Assembly: GCA_963842525.1 (NCBI GenBank)
Contig: CAWJGT010000009.1
Coordinates: forward strand, 1,408,001 to 1,472,000
DNA length: 64,000 nucleotides
Origin: an uncultured Holophagales bacterium
GTDB lineage: Bacteria > Acidobacteriota > Thermoanaerobaculia > Multivoradales > UBA5704
Reading direction: 5' to 3'
Below the pieces are notes generated by a model. That model saw nothing but the letters and a program-made list of their open reading frames with translations, had not been told where the DNA came from and did not search any database. Of the stretch, positions 33,974-42,391 are shown piece after piece; the stretch's first letter is position 1; every line of letters starts with the position of its first letter. Both the position numbers and the translations under genes were made by a program.

Positions 33974-35100
33974 AGATCTCCACCCAATGTGCGCGTCCGA
34001 TCTCGGACCGCGATCCGTACGGTGCCGTGGCACCGCCGATCTATCAGACCGCGACCTTCCGCCAACCGTCTGCCGTCGAATTCGGCGAGTACGACTACAC
34101 GCGGACGGCCAATCCCACCCGGTCCCTCGTCGAAGAGCAGGTCGCAGCGCTGGAGGGAGGCCGCTTCGCCTGCGCCTTCGCCAGCGGCATGGCGGCGATC
34201 ACCGCCGTCACGCGGCTTGTGGCGGCGGGGGAGGAGATCCTGGCCGGCGACGACCTCTACGGCGGCACCTGCCGGCTGCTGTCCCGGGTCGCACCACGGC
34301 TGGGCGTGTGTGTCCGCTTCGTCGATACGACCGACCCCGCGGCGGTCGAGGCGGCGGTCGGCCCGGCCACCCGTCTCCTGCTGGTCGAGACGCCGACCAA
34401 CCCGCTGCTGCGCATCGTCGATCTCGAGCACGTCGCCGCGATCGCCCGCCGGCGCGGCGTGCTCTTCGCGGTCGACAACTCGCTGCTCTCGCCCTGCCTG
34501 CAACGGCCGCTGTCCCTGGGCGCCGACCTGGTGGTGCATTCGGCCACCAAGGCGCTCTGCGGCCACGGCGACGTCTGCGCCGGCGCCGTGGTGACAAACG
34601 ACCCCGAGCTGCACCGCGAAATCGCCTTCCACCTGAACGCGGAAGGCGCGGGTCTTGCGCCGTTCAACAGTTGGCTCCTGCTGCGCGGCATGAAGACGCT
34701 CGCTCTGCGCATCGAGCGGCAGTGCGCCTCAGCCCTGCGGATCGCCGAGCATCTTGCCGGCCGTCCGGAGGTGCGCAAGGTTTTCTTCCCTGAAGGCGAG
34801 ATCCACCGGCGCCAGGCCTCGGGCCCGGGCCCGGTCGTCAGCTTCACCACCGGCGATCCCGAGCTGTCGCGGCGGATTGTCGAAGCCGCGCGCCTCTTCA
34901 CGATCGCCGTCAGCTTCGGCTCGGTCGCCTCCTCGATCAGCCTGCCCTGCCGGATGTCCCACGCGAGCATCCCGGCGGAGCTGCGCGACCGGCTCGCGCC
35001 GCCGCCCGACCTCGTCCGCCTGTCGGTCGGCATCGAGGATGTCGAAGATCTCCTGGGCGATCTCGACCAGGCGTTTGCGGTGGCGGCCGGGCTGCGTTGA
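33970..35100 (+). CDS. metC: PLP-dependent trans-sulfuration enzyme, probably cystathionine beta-lyase
   Basis: ATGA overlap; PPIYQTATF, YDYTRTANPTR, HSATKALCGHGD, VSFGSV.S.ISLPCRMSHASIP. Confidence 0.82.
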   Translation: MKISTQCARPISDRDPYGAVAPPIYQTATFRQPSAVEFGEYDYTRTANPTRSLVEEQVAALEGGRFACAFASGMAAITAVTRLVAAGEEILAGDDLYGGTCRLLSRVAPRLGVCVRFVDTTDPAAVEAAVGPATRLLLVETPTNPLLRIVDLEHVAAIARRRGVLFAVDNSLLSPCLQRPLSLGADLVVHSATKALCGHGDVCAGAVVTNDPELHREIAFHLNAEGAGLAPFNSWLLLRGMKTLALRIERQCASALRIAEHLAGRPEVRKVFFPEGEIHRRQASGPGPVVSFTTGDPELSRRIVEAARLFTIAVSFGSVASSISLPCRMSHASIPAELRDRLAPPPDLVRLSVGIEDVEDLLGDLDQAFAVAAGLR

Positions 35101-35113
35101 ACCTTCGCGGTGC

Positions 35114-35656
35114 TCATGACTGCGCACCCGCTCCATCGACCACGGCGGGACGACATTCCCGTGCCGACCTGACGCCTGGCTTCCGTCTCTTGCCGAGCTT
35201 CTGCTCCAAGAGATCGCCAAGCACGCCCAGGAGGGCGCCTGTGTCCTCCACATGACCGAGCAGGCTTTCGTCTCGCCTTGTCTCGGCGCCGCAGTAGGCA
35301 GCGATCACGGCACAGAAACCCTCGATGTGCCTGATCTCCGCGACCAGGCCCTCGGCAAATTCTTGAAGGCTTGGAGAGCGACAATGGTCGGTGGATGCCA
35401 GCAGAAGCTGGGATAGAAGCTCTCCAAACTGGCGCGCGCCGTTCTGCTGGTCAGGCGGCAGATGAAGCAGGAAATACTCGTGCAACGGGGCATATTCGTT
35501 GAAATTTCCGGGGCCGGTACGCACGACGTGATCTGCAAGAGCTGTGCTCTGGTGAAGCTCGATGCGCGAACGGATGGTGTCCAAAAGCCTGCCGGTCGAG
35601 TCGCGGAGCTCAGGAAGGTATTGGAATCGGGAATCCTCGACCGACTGTTCCTTCAC
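35114..35656 (-). CDS. Hypothetical protein
   Basis: RBS aggag; 180-aa helical ORF just downstream of the HhH-repeat gene. Confidence 0.55.
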   Translation of the reverse strand: MKEQSVEDSRFQYLPELRDSTGRLLDTIRSRIELHQSTALADHVVRTGPGNFNEYAPLHEYFLLHLPPDQQNGARQFGELLSQLLLASTDHCRSPSLQEFAEGLVAEIRHIEGFCAVIAAYCGAETRRDESLLGHVEDTGALLGVLGDLLEQKLGKRRKPGVRSARECRPAVVDGAGAQS

Positions 35657-35670
35657 GGCAAGATCTCCTC

Positions 35671-36714
35671 TCAGCGACGATTTGCGCGACGCGCCGTGAT
35701 CCGCTCACAAGCATAAATTTCGTCGTCGGCTAAATGTCGCTCAAGGGTTGCGAGCCGAGCTCTGAGGAGATCGATGGAGACGACTCCCGCGCGGACCAGT
35801 CGCCATGCGGTGCTCCTTTTGATTCCATGACGATGCCATTGCTCAACATGGGAGCACAGCGGACGTCCGAGCAACTCCTCACAAAGCTGGAGGCCGCGGC
35901 TCCCCAGCCCAGGGATGCGGAGTAGATCCTCGCGAGACAGCGCTGCCAAGGCCTTGACCGATTCGATGCCGGCCCGAAGGAGAGCATTGGCGAACGGCAG
36001 AGGCAAACCCTTCTCCCGCCAGTAGGCGGTGATTGAGCGCAGAGGACGGCCCAGAAGCTCCTCACATTTTTCTAGCGTTCTCTCATCGATTCCGCGGATT
36101 GCAAGGAGGTCCTCCCGCGAAGCATGCGCCAAGGCCGTAGTGCTCGTGACCCCAGCTTTTACCAGTCTGGCTGCGCAGCACGGTATGATTCCAGCCTCCA
36201 CCCAGATCCGGGCTTGTGGCATTCTTTCCAAGAAGGTGCGGGGAGTTGGCTTTGAAGGCTTGCCGGGCGAGCCGAATAGGCTCAATAACATCTCCGCCGC
36301 ATGGAGGCCGATCCCTTCGATTCCCAGGAGGTCATCCCTCTGCATACCTCTAAGCTGCTCGTCCGTCCGAATGCCGGCGGCTGCGAGCGCCACTGCGACC
36401 GTGGCTGGGATTCCGCGGGCGATCCAGTAGGGAGCGCAGGTTTCGAAGGATCGGCCCCGAAACCGTTCGATCTGCCTGACTGTCCATGGCCCGACACGTG
36501 GAAGAGCCAGGACAGCTTCCCGTGTGAGCCCCTCAAGCTCGGGGATGGTAACGCCTGCCCGCTTGAGAGTCTTTGCGACTTGTGCCGGCACGCGTCTCCG
36601 CGAGCGAAGCGCTGGAGCATGTCTTTCGCCGGATGCGTTGACAACATGGCTTAATTCCGCCTTCGAGCCCACGCCCAGGAACATAGGGCAGGGCCCTTCG
36701 CGCTCCAAGCACAA
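35671..36714 (-). CDS. Tandem helix-hairpin-helix / RNAP alpha-CTD-like repeat protein (start uncertain)
   Basis: About five repeats of W...G.....A..L..AG(I/V).S...L....REDLL.I.G(I/L)G......E.LLG. Confidence 0.7.
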   Translation of the reverse strand: MCLEREGPCPMFLGVGSKAELSHVVNASGERHAPALRSRRRVPAQVAKTLKRAGVTIPELEGLTREAVLALPRVGPWTVRQIERFRGRSFETCAPYWIARGIPATVAVALAAAGIRTDEQLRGMQRDDLLGIEGIGLHAAEMLLSLFGSPGKPSKPTPRTFLERMPQARIWVEAGIIPCCAARLVKAGVTSTTALAHASREDLLAIRGIDERTLEKCEELLGRPLRSITAYWREKGLPLPFANALLRAGIESVKALAALSREDLLRIPGLGSRGLQLCEELLGRPLCSHVEQWHRHGIKRSTAWRLVRAGVVSIDLLRARLATLERHLADDEIYACERITARRANRR

Positions 36715-36821
36715 TTTTGCGAAACGCTCCCAATGGGCGAGCGAATCACTCCTTTTTCCTTTGTCCCTTTTGGTGCCTCTGCGGCAACTTATGTCTAGGA
36801 GAGGTCAAGGGGAGGAGGCCC

Positions 36822-38273
36822 ATGCCGAAGCGAATACCGACCGCCGAAGGTGCCGTGCTGCGTCATTTCCGCCACCGCAAGGGAGCGACCCAGGAAGAGC
36901 TCGCCGAAAAAGCCGGAGTCTCCCCACGGACGATCGAGGGCTGGGAGACAGGGCGCTTTGAGCTGGAGCGCCAGCGGCTGGTGGAGATCCTCTCCCACCT
37001 GAAGGTCCCACCCGAAGCGATCGACGCCGCCCTGTGGTCGGATGACCTGGGGAACCCGCCCGAAGGAGGCTCCTTGTCCCCGGAGGGTGGGCTCGTCGAG
37101 CGGGCCGCCGTGGCCGCGGGCTCGGCGGCGACCAGGACCGCCCGCGCCGCCCTCAAGGCGGACCTGCTGCTCCGGCAGGCTCCCCGGCACCGCCAATGGG
37201 CGCAGGCGAGGTGGTCGCGGATGAAGAAGCTCACCGCCGCGCAGCAGGAGAAGGCAGTTGAAGTACTGCTGGGCGACGAGCGGAGCTGGGCCCTGGCGGA
37301 GCGGCTCTGCCTGGCCTCCGAAGCCGCTGCCGCCAACCGTGCCGACGAGGCCCTGCGACTGGCGCGGCTGGCGGTCCGCATCGCCGAGCACGTGCCGGAT
37401 TCGGGTTTGCGCCCGCGCCTGCTCGGCTGGGTGGAGCCCTTTGCCGCCAACGCCCTGCGAGTGGGGGGAGACCTTGCGGCTTCCTCGGAAGCGCTGGCCC
37501 ATGCCGATGAGCTTTGGGAGCAGGAAGCGGCCGGCGCTCCCGCCGGTCTGTTGGATGAGACACGACGGCTCGATCTTAAGGCGTCCCTCCTGATGTACTA
37601 CGGAAGATTCGAGGAGGTCCATTCCCTGCTCGCGGATGCCATGAAGGGTGTGCGGTCGGAACACACACGGGCGCGTCTTCTCATCAAACAGTCCAACGCC
37701 TTGATCTTTGCCGGCCGATACGAGGCTGCCCTCGAAGTGCTGAAGGAGGCGAAGCCGCTGACCGACGCCAAGGAAGATCCCCGGCTGATTCTGGTCCACG
37801 ACTTCAACAAGACGGTTGGCCTGCTGCACCTGGACCGTTTCCAAGAAGCCGCGCGCCTGCTGCCGTTGGTGGAAGCGCTGACCGATCCAGGCAACGAGCT
37901 GGACGTTGTTCGCCTGCGCTGGCTGAAGGGGCGCACCTGGGCGGGGCTCGGGCGCAGGGCGGAGGCTCTGGCAGCCCTGTCTGAGGTGCGCGGCTACTTC
38001 TTTTCCAAGACGATCGCCTACGACTTTGCCGTGGTGAGCGTGGAGCTGGGGACGCTGTACCTGGAGCAGGGGCGACCCCGCCTGGTCCGCGAGCTGGCCG
38101 ACCAGATGAAGTGGATTTTCATGGGGCAAGGAATCCATGAGAAAGTCCTGGAGGCCCTGGCTCTCTTCTGCCATGCGGCTCAGGCAGAAGAGGCCGAGGC
38201 GGAGTGGACCCGGCGACTCGTCAAATACCTCTACCGCGCCCAGCACAATCCGAGCCTGAAGTTCGAGCTGTGA
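36822..38273 (+). CDS. XRE-type HTH plus TPR-like helical repeat regulator (paralogue 1)
   Basis: RBS ggaggagg; LRHFRHRKGATQEELAEKAGVSPRTIEGWETG; Ala/Leu-rich TPR-like repeats. Confidence 0.85.
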   Translation: MPKRIPTAEGAVLRHFRHRKGATQEELAEKAGVSPRTIEGWETGRFELERQRLVEILSHLKVPPEAIDAALWSDDLGNPPEGGSLSPEGGLVERAAVAAGSAATRTARAALKADLLLRQAPRHRQWAQARWSRMKKLTAAQQEKAVEVLLGDERSWALAERLCLASEAAAANRADEALRLARLAVRIAEHVPDSGLRPRLLGWVEPFAANALRVGGDLAASSEALAHADELWEQEAAGAPAGLLDETRRLDLKASLLMYYGRFEEVHSLLADAMKGVRSEHTRARLLIKQSNALIFAGRYEAALEVLKEAKPLTDAKEDPRLILVHDFNKTVGLLHLDRFQEAARLLPLVEALTDPGNELDVVRLRWLKGRTWAGLGRRAEALAALSEVRGYFFSKTIAYDFAVVSVELGTLYLEQGRPRLVRELADQMKWIFMGQGIHEKVLEALALFCHAAQAEEAEAEWTRRLVKYLYRAQHNPSLKFEL

Positions 38274-38325
38274 GATGCGAAGAGGAAACAACAGGGCGCA
38301 GCGGGGCTGCGCCCATTGCCGCGGC

Positions 38326-38670
38326 TCAACTGCCGCAGCGGCCGCTCGGGTCAAGAATGCACCCATTGTCGGCTACGGCCGTCGCTCTGGGCAGGCAGCG
38401 GCCGTTCGGGTCAATGTCACACCCGTTGTCGGTGCCCGCTGACGTGCTTTCCGGCGGCAGGCAGCGGCCGCTCGGGTCAATCCCGCACCCGTTGGAGGCC
38501 CAGGCCCTGTTAAGGTGTGTCCACGCCCGGGCGAAGACTTCCCATAGGGCCGAGCCCGGAGAGACGTGGGGGGTGTGCAGCCCGGGCTCGGCGGCCTGGA
38601 GGGACGGCACCGCCAGGACCAGGCAGAGCACCAACAGCAGGACGGCTTTGGGCAGAAAGGCACGAACCAT
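38326..38670 (-). CDS. Secreted 114-aa precursor with three NGCx(I/L)DPxGRC repeats
   Basis: RBS aaaggag; signal peptide ending SLQA; cores NGCGIDPSGRC, NGCDIDPNGRC and NGCILDPSGRC. Confidence 0.85.
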   Translation of the reverse strand: MVRAFLPKAVLLLVLCLVLAVPSLQAAEPGLHTPHVSPGSALWEVFARAWTHLNRAWASNGCGIDPSGRCLPPESTSAGTDNGCDIDPNGRCLPRATAVADNGCILDPSGRCGS

Positions 38671-38812
38671 GACCGGCTCCTTTCGGAGCGCGCTCCGCAG
38701 CGGCCTCCCTGGCCGGCCGGGGCGCCTCCGGCCTATAGAGTGACAGGAGTCTGCGTGGAAAACGCACCGGAAACCACCCCAATGGGGGCTCCAACCGAAG
38801 GACGGCGAGGAC

Positions 38813-40305
38813 ATGCGGAGAATGGAATACGACCCGAGGGACCTGGGGCTCACCATCCTGTTGCTGTGCGAGCTTCAGGATATGAGCCTGCGCGAGCTGG
38901 GCCGGCGGTCCGGCATTGACAAGGGATCGATCAACGGCTATGTGAAGGGGACGGTGCGGCCGGTCCCGAGGAATCTGGCCCGGCTTGTGGCGACCTTTCG
39001 GATCACCCCTCTTCGCCTCGAGCGGCTCATCTCCCGGAGCAGAGCTTTCCGCCTCACCTATGAGGACGCCGGCCAGCAGGGTGAAGGCGAGGCCGTGCGG
39101 GCACCGGCCGAAGCACCGAGGGCGCTGGAGGGGAAGATCGGTGGCTCCGCCCTCGACGCAATGGCGCCGTTTCTTCAGGAACTGGCCCGGCTCGACCGCG
39201 GCCCCACGCCCCGCGCCGAGGACCGCCACTGGGCGGAGTCGGTCTGGTCGAGACTAGAGCCGCTCCGCGCCGAGGACCAAAGCGTCGCCGTCGACGTGCT
39301 GTTGGGAGACGAGCGAAGCTGGGCCCTGGCGGAGCGGATCTGCCTTGCGTCTGAAACCGCTGCCGCCAACCGCGCTGACGAAGCCCTGCGCCTGGCGCGG
39401 CTCGCCGTGCGTCTTGCCGAGCACGTGCCCGATGCGGATTTCCGCCCGAGCCTGCTGGCTGGGTAGAGCCCTTTGCCGCCAACGCCCTGCGGGTCGGGGG
39501 CGATCTCGCGGCTTCCGCGGAGGAGCTGGCCCATGCCGATAAGCTGTGGGAGCAGGGGGCGGCCGGCGCTGCCTCCGGTCTTCTGGATGACACCCGCCGG
39601 CTCGATCTGAAAGCGTCCCTCCTGATGTACTACGGCAGATTCGAGGAGGTCCACGCCTTGCTCGCGGATGCCATGCAGGCTGCACGGTCGGAGCACGAGC
39701 GGGCGCGTCTTCTCATCAAAAAGGCCAACACCTTGATCTTCGCCGGCCGGTACGAGGCTGCCCTCAAAATGTTGGCCGAGGCAAAGCCCCTGATCGACGC
39801 CAAGGACGATCCTCGCCTACACTTGGTCCACGACTTCAACAAGACAGTGAGCCTGCTGCACCTGGACGGTTTCCGGGAAGCCGAGCGCCTGCTGCCGAAG
39901 GTGGAGGCGTTGACCGATCCGGGCAACGAGCTGGACGGCGTGCGCCTGCGCTGGCTCCAAGGGCGCACCTGGGCGGGGCTCGGCCGCCGGGCGGAGGCCC
40001 TGGCAGCCCTGGCCGCAGTGCGGGAATACTTTCTGACCGAAGAGATCGCCTACGACTTTGCCGTGGTGAGCGTCGAGCTGGGCACCCTCTACCTGGAACA
40101 GGGCCGCTCCGGGCCGGTCCGCGAGCTGGCCGACCAGATGAAGTGGATTTTCGTGGGGCAAGGAATCCATCACGAAGCCCTGGCGGCGCTGGCGCTCTTC
40201 TGCCATGCGGCCCAGGCCGAAGAGGCCCAGGCGACATGGACCCGGCGGCTCGTCAAGTACCTTTACCGGGCGGAGCACGATCCGCGGCTGCAGTTCGAGC
40301 CGTGA
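38813..40305 (+). CDS. XRE-type HTH plus TPR-like regulator (paralogue 2); frameshift near 39457
   Basis: MSLRELGRRSGIDKGSINGYVKG HTH. From DERSWALAER onward it closely parallels paralogue 1; one base is missing relative to ctgctcggctgggtggag. Confidence 0.82.
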
Positions 40306-40397
40306 GCCTCGGAGAGGTGCGAGCAGGAGGAGTCGGAACGAAACACAATCCGCCCCACCCTCGTATTGCCCTTCGAATCCAAGGAGGGCTCTCTCTC

Positions 40398-40952
40398 ATG
40401 ACCCATCTGTTGCACGATCTTCCCTGGCCGTGCGCACGCACGGTGGGCAGGCCGGCCTCCTGGAGGCGGTGCAGAAGCAGGTCTGGGCGGTCGACCCCCA
40501 GCAGCCAATCACCGATGTGGTGACCATGGAGCGGATCGTGGCGCGTTCGGTCGGCGCCTACCGCTTCAATATGGCCCTGATGGGCGGCCTGGCTTTCCTG
40601 GCACTGGTGCTCGCGGCCGTGGGGATCTACGGCGTGCTGTCCTACCTGGTGCACCAGAGGACGCGCGAGATCGGGGTCCGCATGGCTCTCGGCGCCACGG
40701 CCGGGCACGTGCTGCGGATGGTGGTGCGCCAGGGACTGATCGCGGTCGGCATCGGCGTGGCGATCGGCCTGGGGGCCGCTTTCGGGCTGACGCGCCTGAT
40801 GGCGAGCCTGCTGGTCGGCGTCAGCGCGACCGATCCGCTGACCTTCGTGGCTCGCGCCGCTGGTCCTGGCTGCCGTGGCCCTCTTCGCCACCAGCCTCCC
40901 GGCCCGCCGCGCCAGCCATCTCAGCCCGGTTCTGGCGTTGCGGCGGGATTGA
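40398..40952 (+). pseudogene. Internally deleted FtsX/MacB-type (ADOP-like) ABC permease
   Basis: RBS plus MTHLLHDL start, joined directly to the C-terminal LAVRT...GIYGVLSY.V.QRTREIGVRMALGA...PARRA...P..ALR; additional frameshift near 40850. Confidence 0.75.
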
Positions 40953-40967
40953 GGCTCCGGCGGCGGG

Positions 40968-41321
40968 CATTGGTCCCGCGGTGGCGCGCAGCGGTCCCGC
41001 AGGACCGGCAGTGTCCGCCGCGGTACCATGGACGTTGCCCGCGGTGGCTGGCAGTGGTCCCGCGGGACCGGCAGTATTCGCTGCGGCACCATGGAGGTTC
41101 CCCGCGATGGTTGGCAGTGGTCCCACGGGACCGTCAGTGCTCGCCGCGGGACCATGGACGTTGGCCGCGGTGGCAGGCAGTGGTCCCGCAGGACCAGCAG
41201 TGTTCGCCGCGGCATCATGGGCATTCGCCGCGGTGGCAGGCAGTGGTCCCACGGGACCACCGGTGCTCGCCGCGGGACCATGGTCGTTGGCGGCGGTGAC
41301 GCGCAGTGGTCCCGCGGGCCG
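40968..41321. repeat. 63-bp tandem repeat with palindromic core
   Basis: Core gcagtggtccc(g/a)c(g/a)ggacc recurs at 40988, 41051, 41114, 41177, 41240 and 41303. Confidence 0.88.
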
Positions 41322-41338
41322 TGATCTTGCGGCGGCTG

Positions 41339-41857
41339 TCAGTGGGTGGGATCGCCTGTCCGATGGTCTCCGATCTGCGCTTGCAGGAACTCGTGGACTG
41401 CGGCCCGGGCTTCCGGGCTCTCGGTCGTGATGCGGACCCGAGCCCCCTTCCCGATCTCCTCGTAGCGGTAACGGATCGCGTCCTTGAGGCGGATCATCTC
41501 CGGCACGCCGGGGAGGACGCGACTGTGGATCTCGGCCGGCATGGAGAAGTCGCCCTTGGCGAAGCTCTCGGCCATCTGGGCGAGGTGCTGCCGGATCTGC
41601 CCGAGGCTCGCCGCATCGGCCGCATTGCCCGCATCGGTGGCCTCGACCTGGATCACGCCGCCATCGGGCTCGACCAGGAAGTGGTGGGTCGTCCGCGTGT
41701 GCTCGAAGCCCATGACCTTGTCACCGCGTTGGTCGAGAGCCTGCGCCGCCTCGGCCTGGTGTTGAGCATGGAGCGGACAAGCCGGTTCCTGGGCGGCAAG
41801 GGCCGCCATCGGCAGGACGAGGGACATCAGGAAGACGGCGACAGACTTTTTCGTCAT
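41339..41857 (-). CDS. Secreted His-containing hypothetical protein
   Basis: Signal peptide; CPLHAQH, MGFEHTRTTHHF, GDFSMPAEIH, AVHEFLQAQIGDH; coupled to the MerR gene. Confidence 0.8.
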   Translation of the reverse strand: MTKKSVAVFLMSLVLPMAALAAQEPACPLHAQHQAEAAQALDQRGDKVMGFEHTRTTHHFLVEPDGGVIQVEATDAGNAADAASLGQIRQHLAQMAESFAKGDFSMPAEIHSRVLPGVPEMIRLKDAIRYRYEEIGKGARVRITTESPEARAAVHEFLQAQIGDHRTGDPTH

Positions 41858-42342
41858 CACACTCTCTCCTTTCGAAGTTTCGGTCGATGCGGATTCTCCG
41901 GAAGCTCCGTTGCGCCGGCGGCCAGCGCGTCGAGCAACCCGGCGCGCCGGTCCGGCCCAGCCTCGGCGAGCCGCCGGTCCCAGTCCGCGAGCAGCACGCG
42001 CAACGCATCGCGCAGCACGGCGAGCTCGCGGAGCTGGTTCTCGACCGCGGCAAGCTTGTCGGTCCCGAGCTCCCGCACCTTGCGGCACGGCACGCCGCCG
42101 CGGTCGCGCTCGGCAAGGATGCGAGACAGCTCGTCCACCGTGAAGCCGGCCGCCAGCACGCGCCGGATCCAGAGGACACGCTCGACAGCTTTCGGGGGAT
42201 AGACGCGGTAGCCGTTGGACAGCCGCTCCGGGCGGGGGAGGAGGCCCTTGCGCTCATAGAAGCGAAGGGTGTCCTTGCTCACACCGATGCGGCGCGCGAG
42301 CTCGCCTGCCTTCAGGGGTTGGCCAGGGGTCTCGTCCGCCAT
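41857..42342 (-). CDS. MerR-family transcriptional regulator
   Basis: AGELARRIGVSKDTLRFYERKGLL..PER..NGYRVY; single Cys in GGVPCRKV. Confidence 0.9.
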   Translation of the reverse strand: MADETPGQPLKAGELARRIGVSKDTLRFYERKGLLPRPERLSNGYRVYPPKAVERVLWIRRVLAAGFTVDELSRILAERDRGGVPCRKVRELGTDKLAAVENQLRELAVLRDALRVLLADWDRRLAEAGPDRRAGLLDALAAGATELPENPHRPKLRKERV

Positions 42343-42348
42343 GGAGAG

Positions 42349-42380
42349 AGGGTAAACCATGGAGCTGGTTCCAGGGTCAA
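42349..42380 (-). promoter_or_regulatory. MerR-type promoter and operator
   Basis: TTGACC-20 bp-TACCCT with dyad ACCCTGGA-N6-TCCATGGT (42356-42377). Confidence 0.75.
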
Positions 42381-42391
42381 GAGGGGGGACG

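Noticed and set aside
38326-38670. RiPP precursor (lanthipeptide or ranthipeptide)
   Set aside because: It has a Sec-type signal peptide and no modifying enzyme or peptidase-transporter nearby, so a signalling propeptide fits better.
40968-41321. CRISPR array
   Set aside because: The would-be spacers are homologous to each other, the repeats vary, and no cas genes are in the window; it is a tandem repeat.
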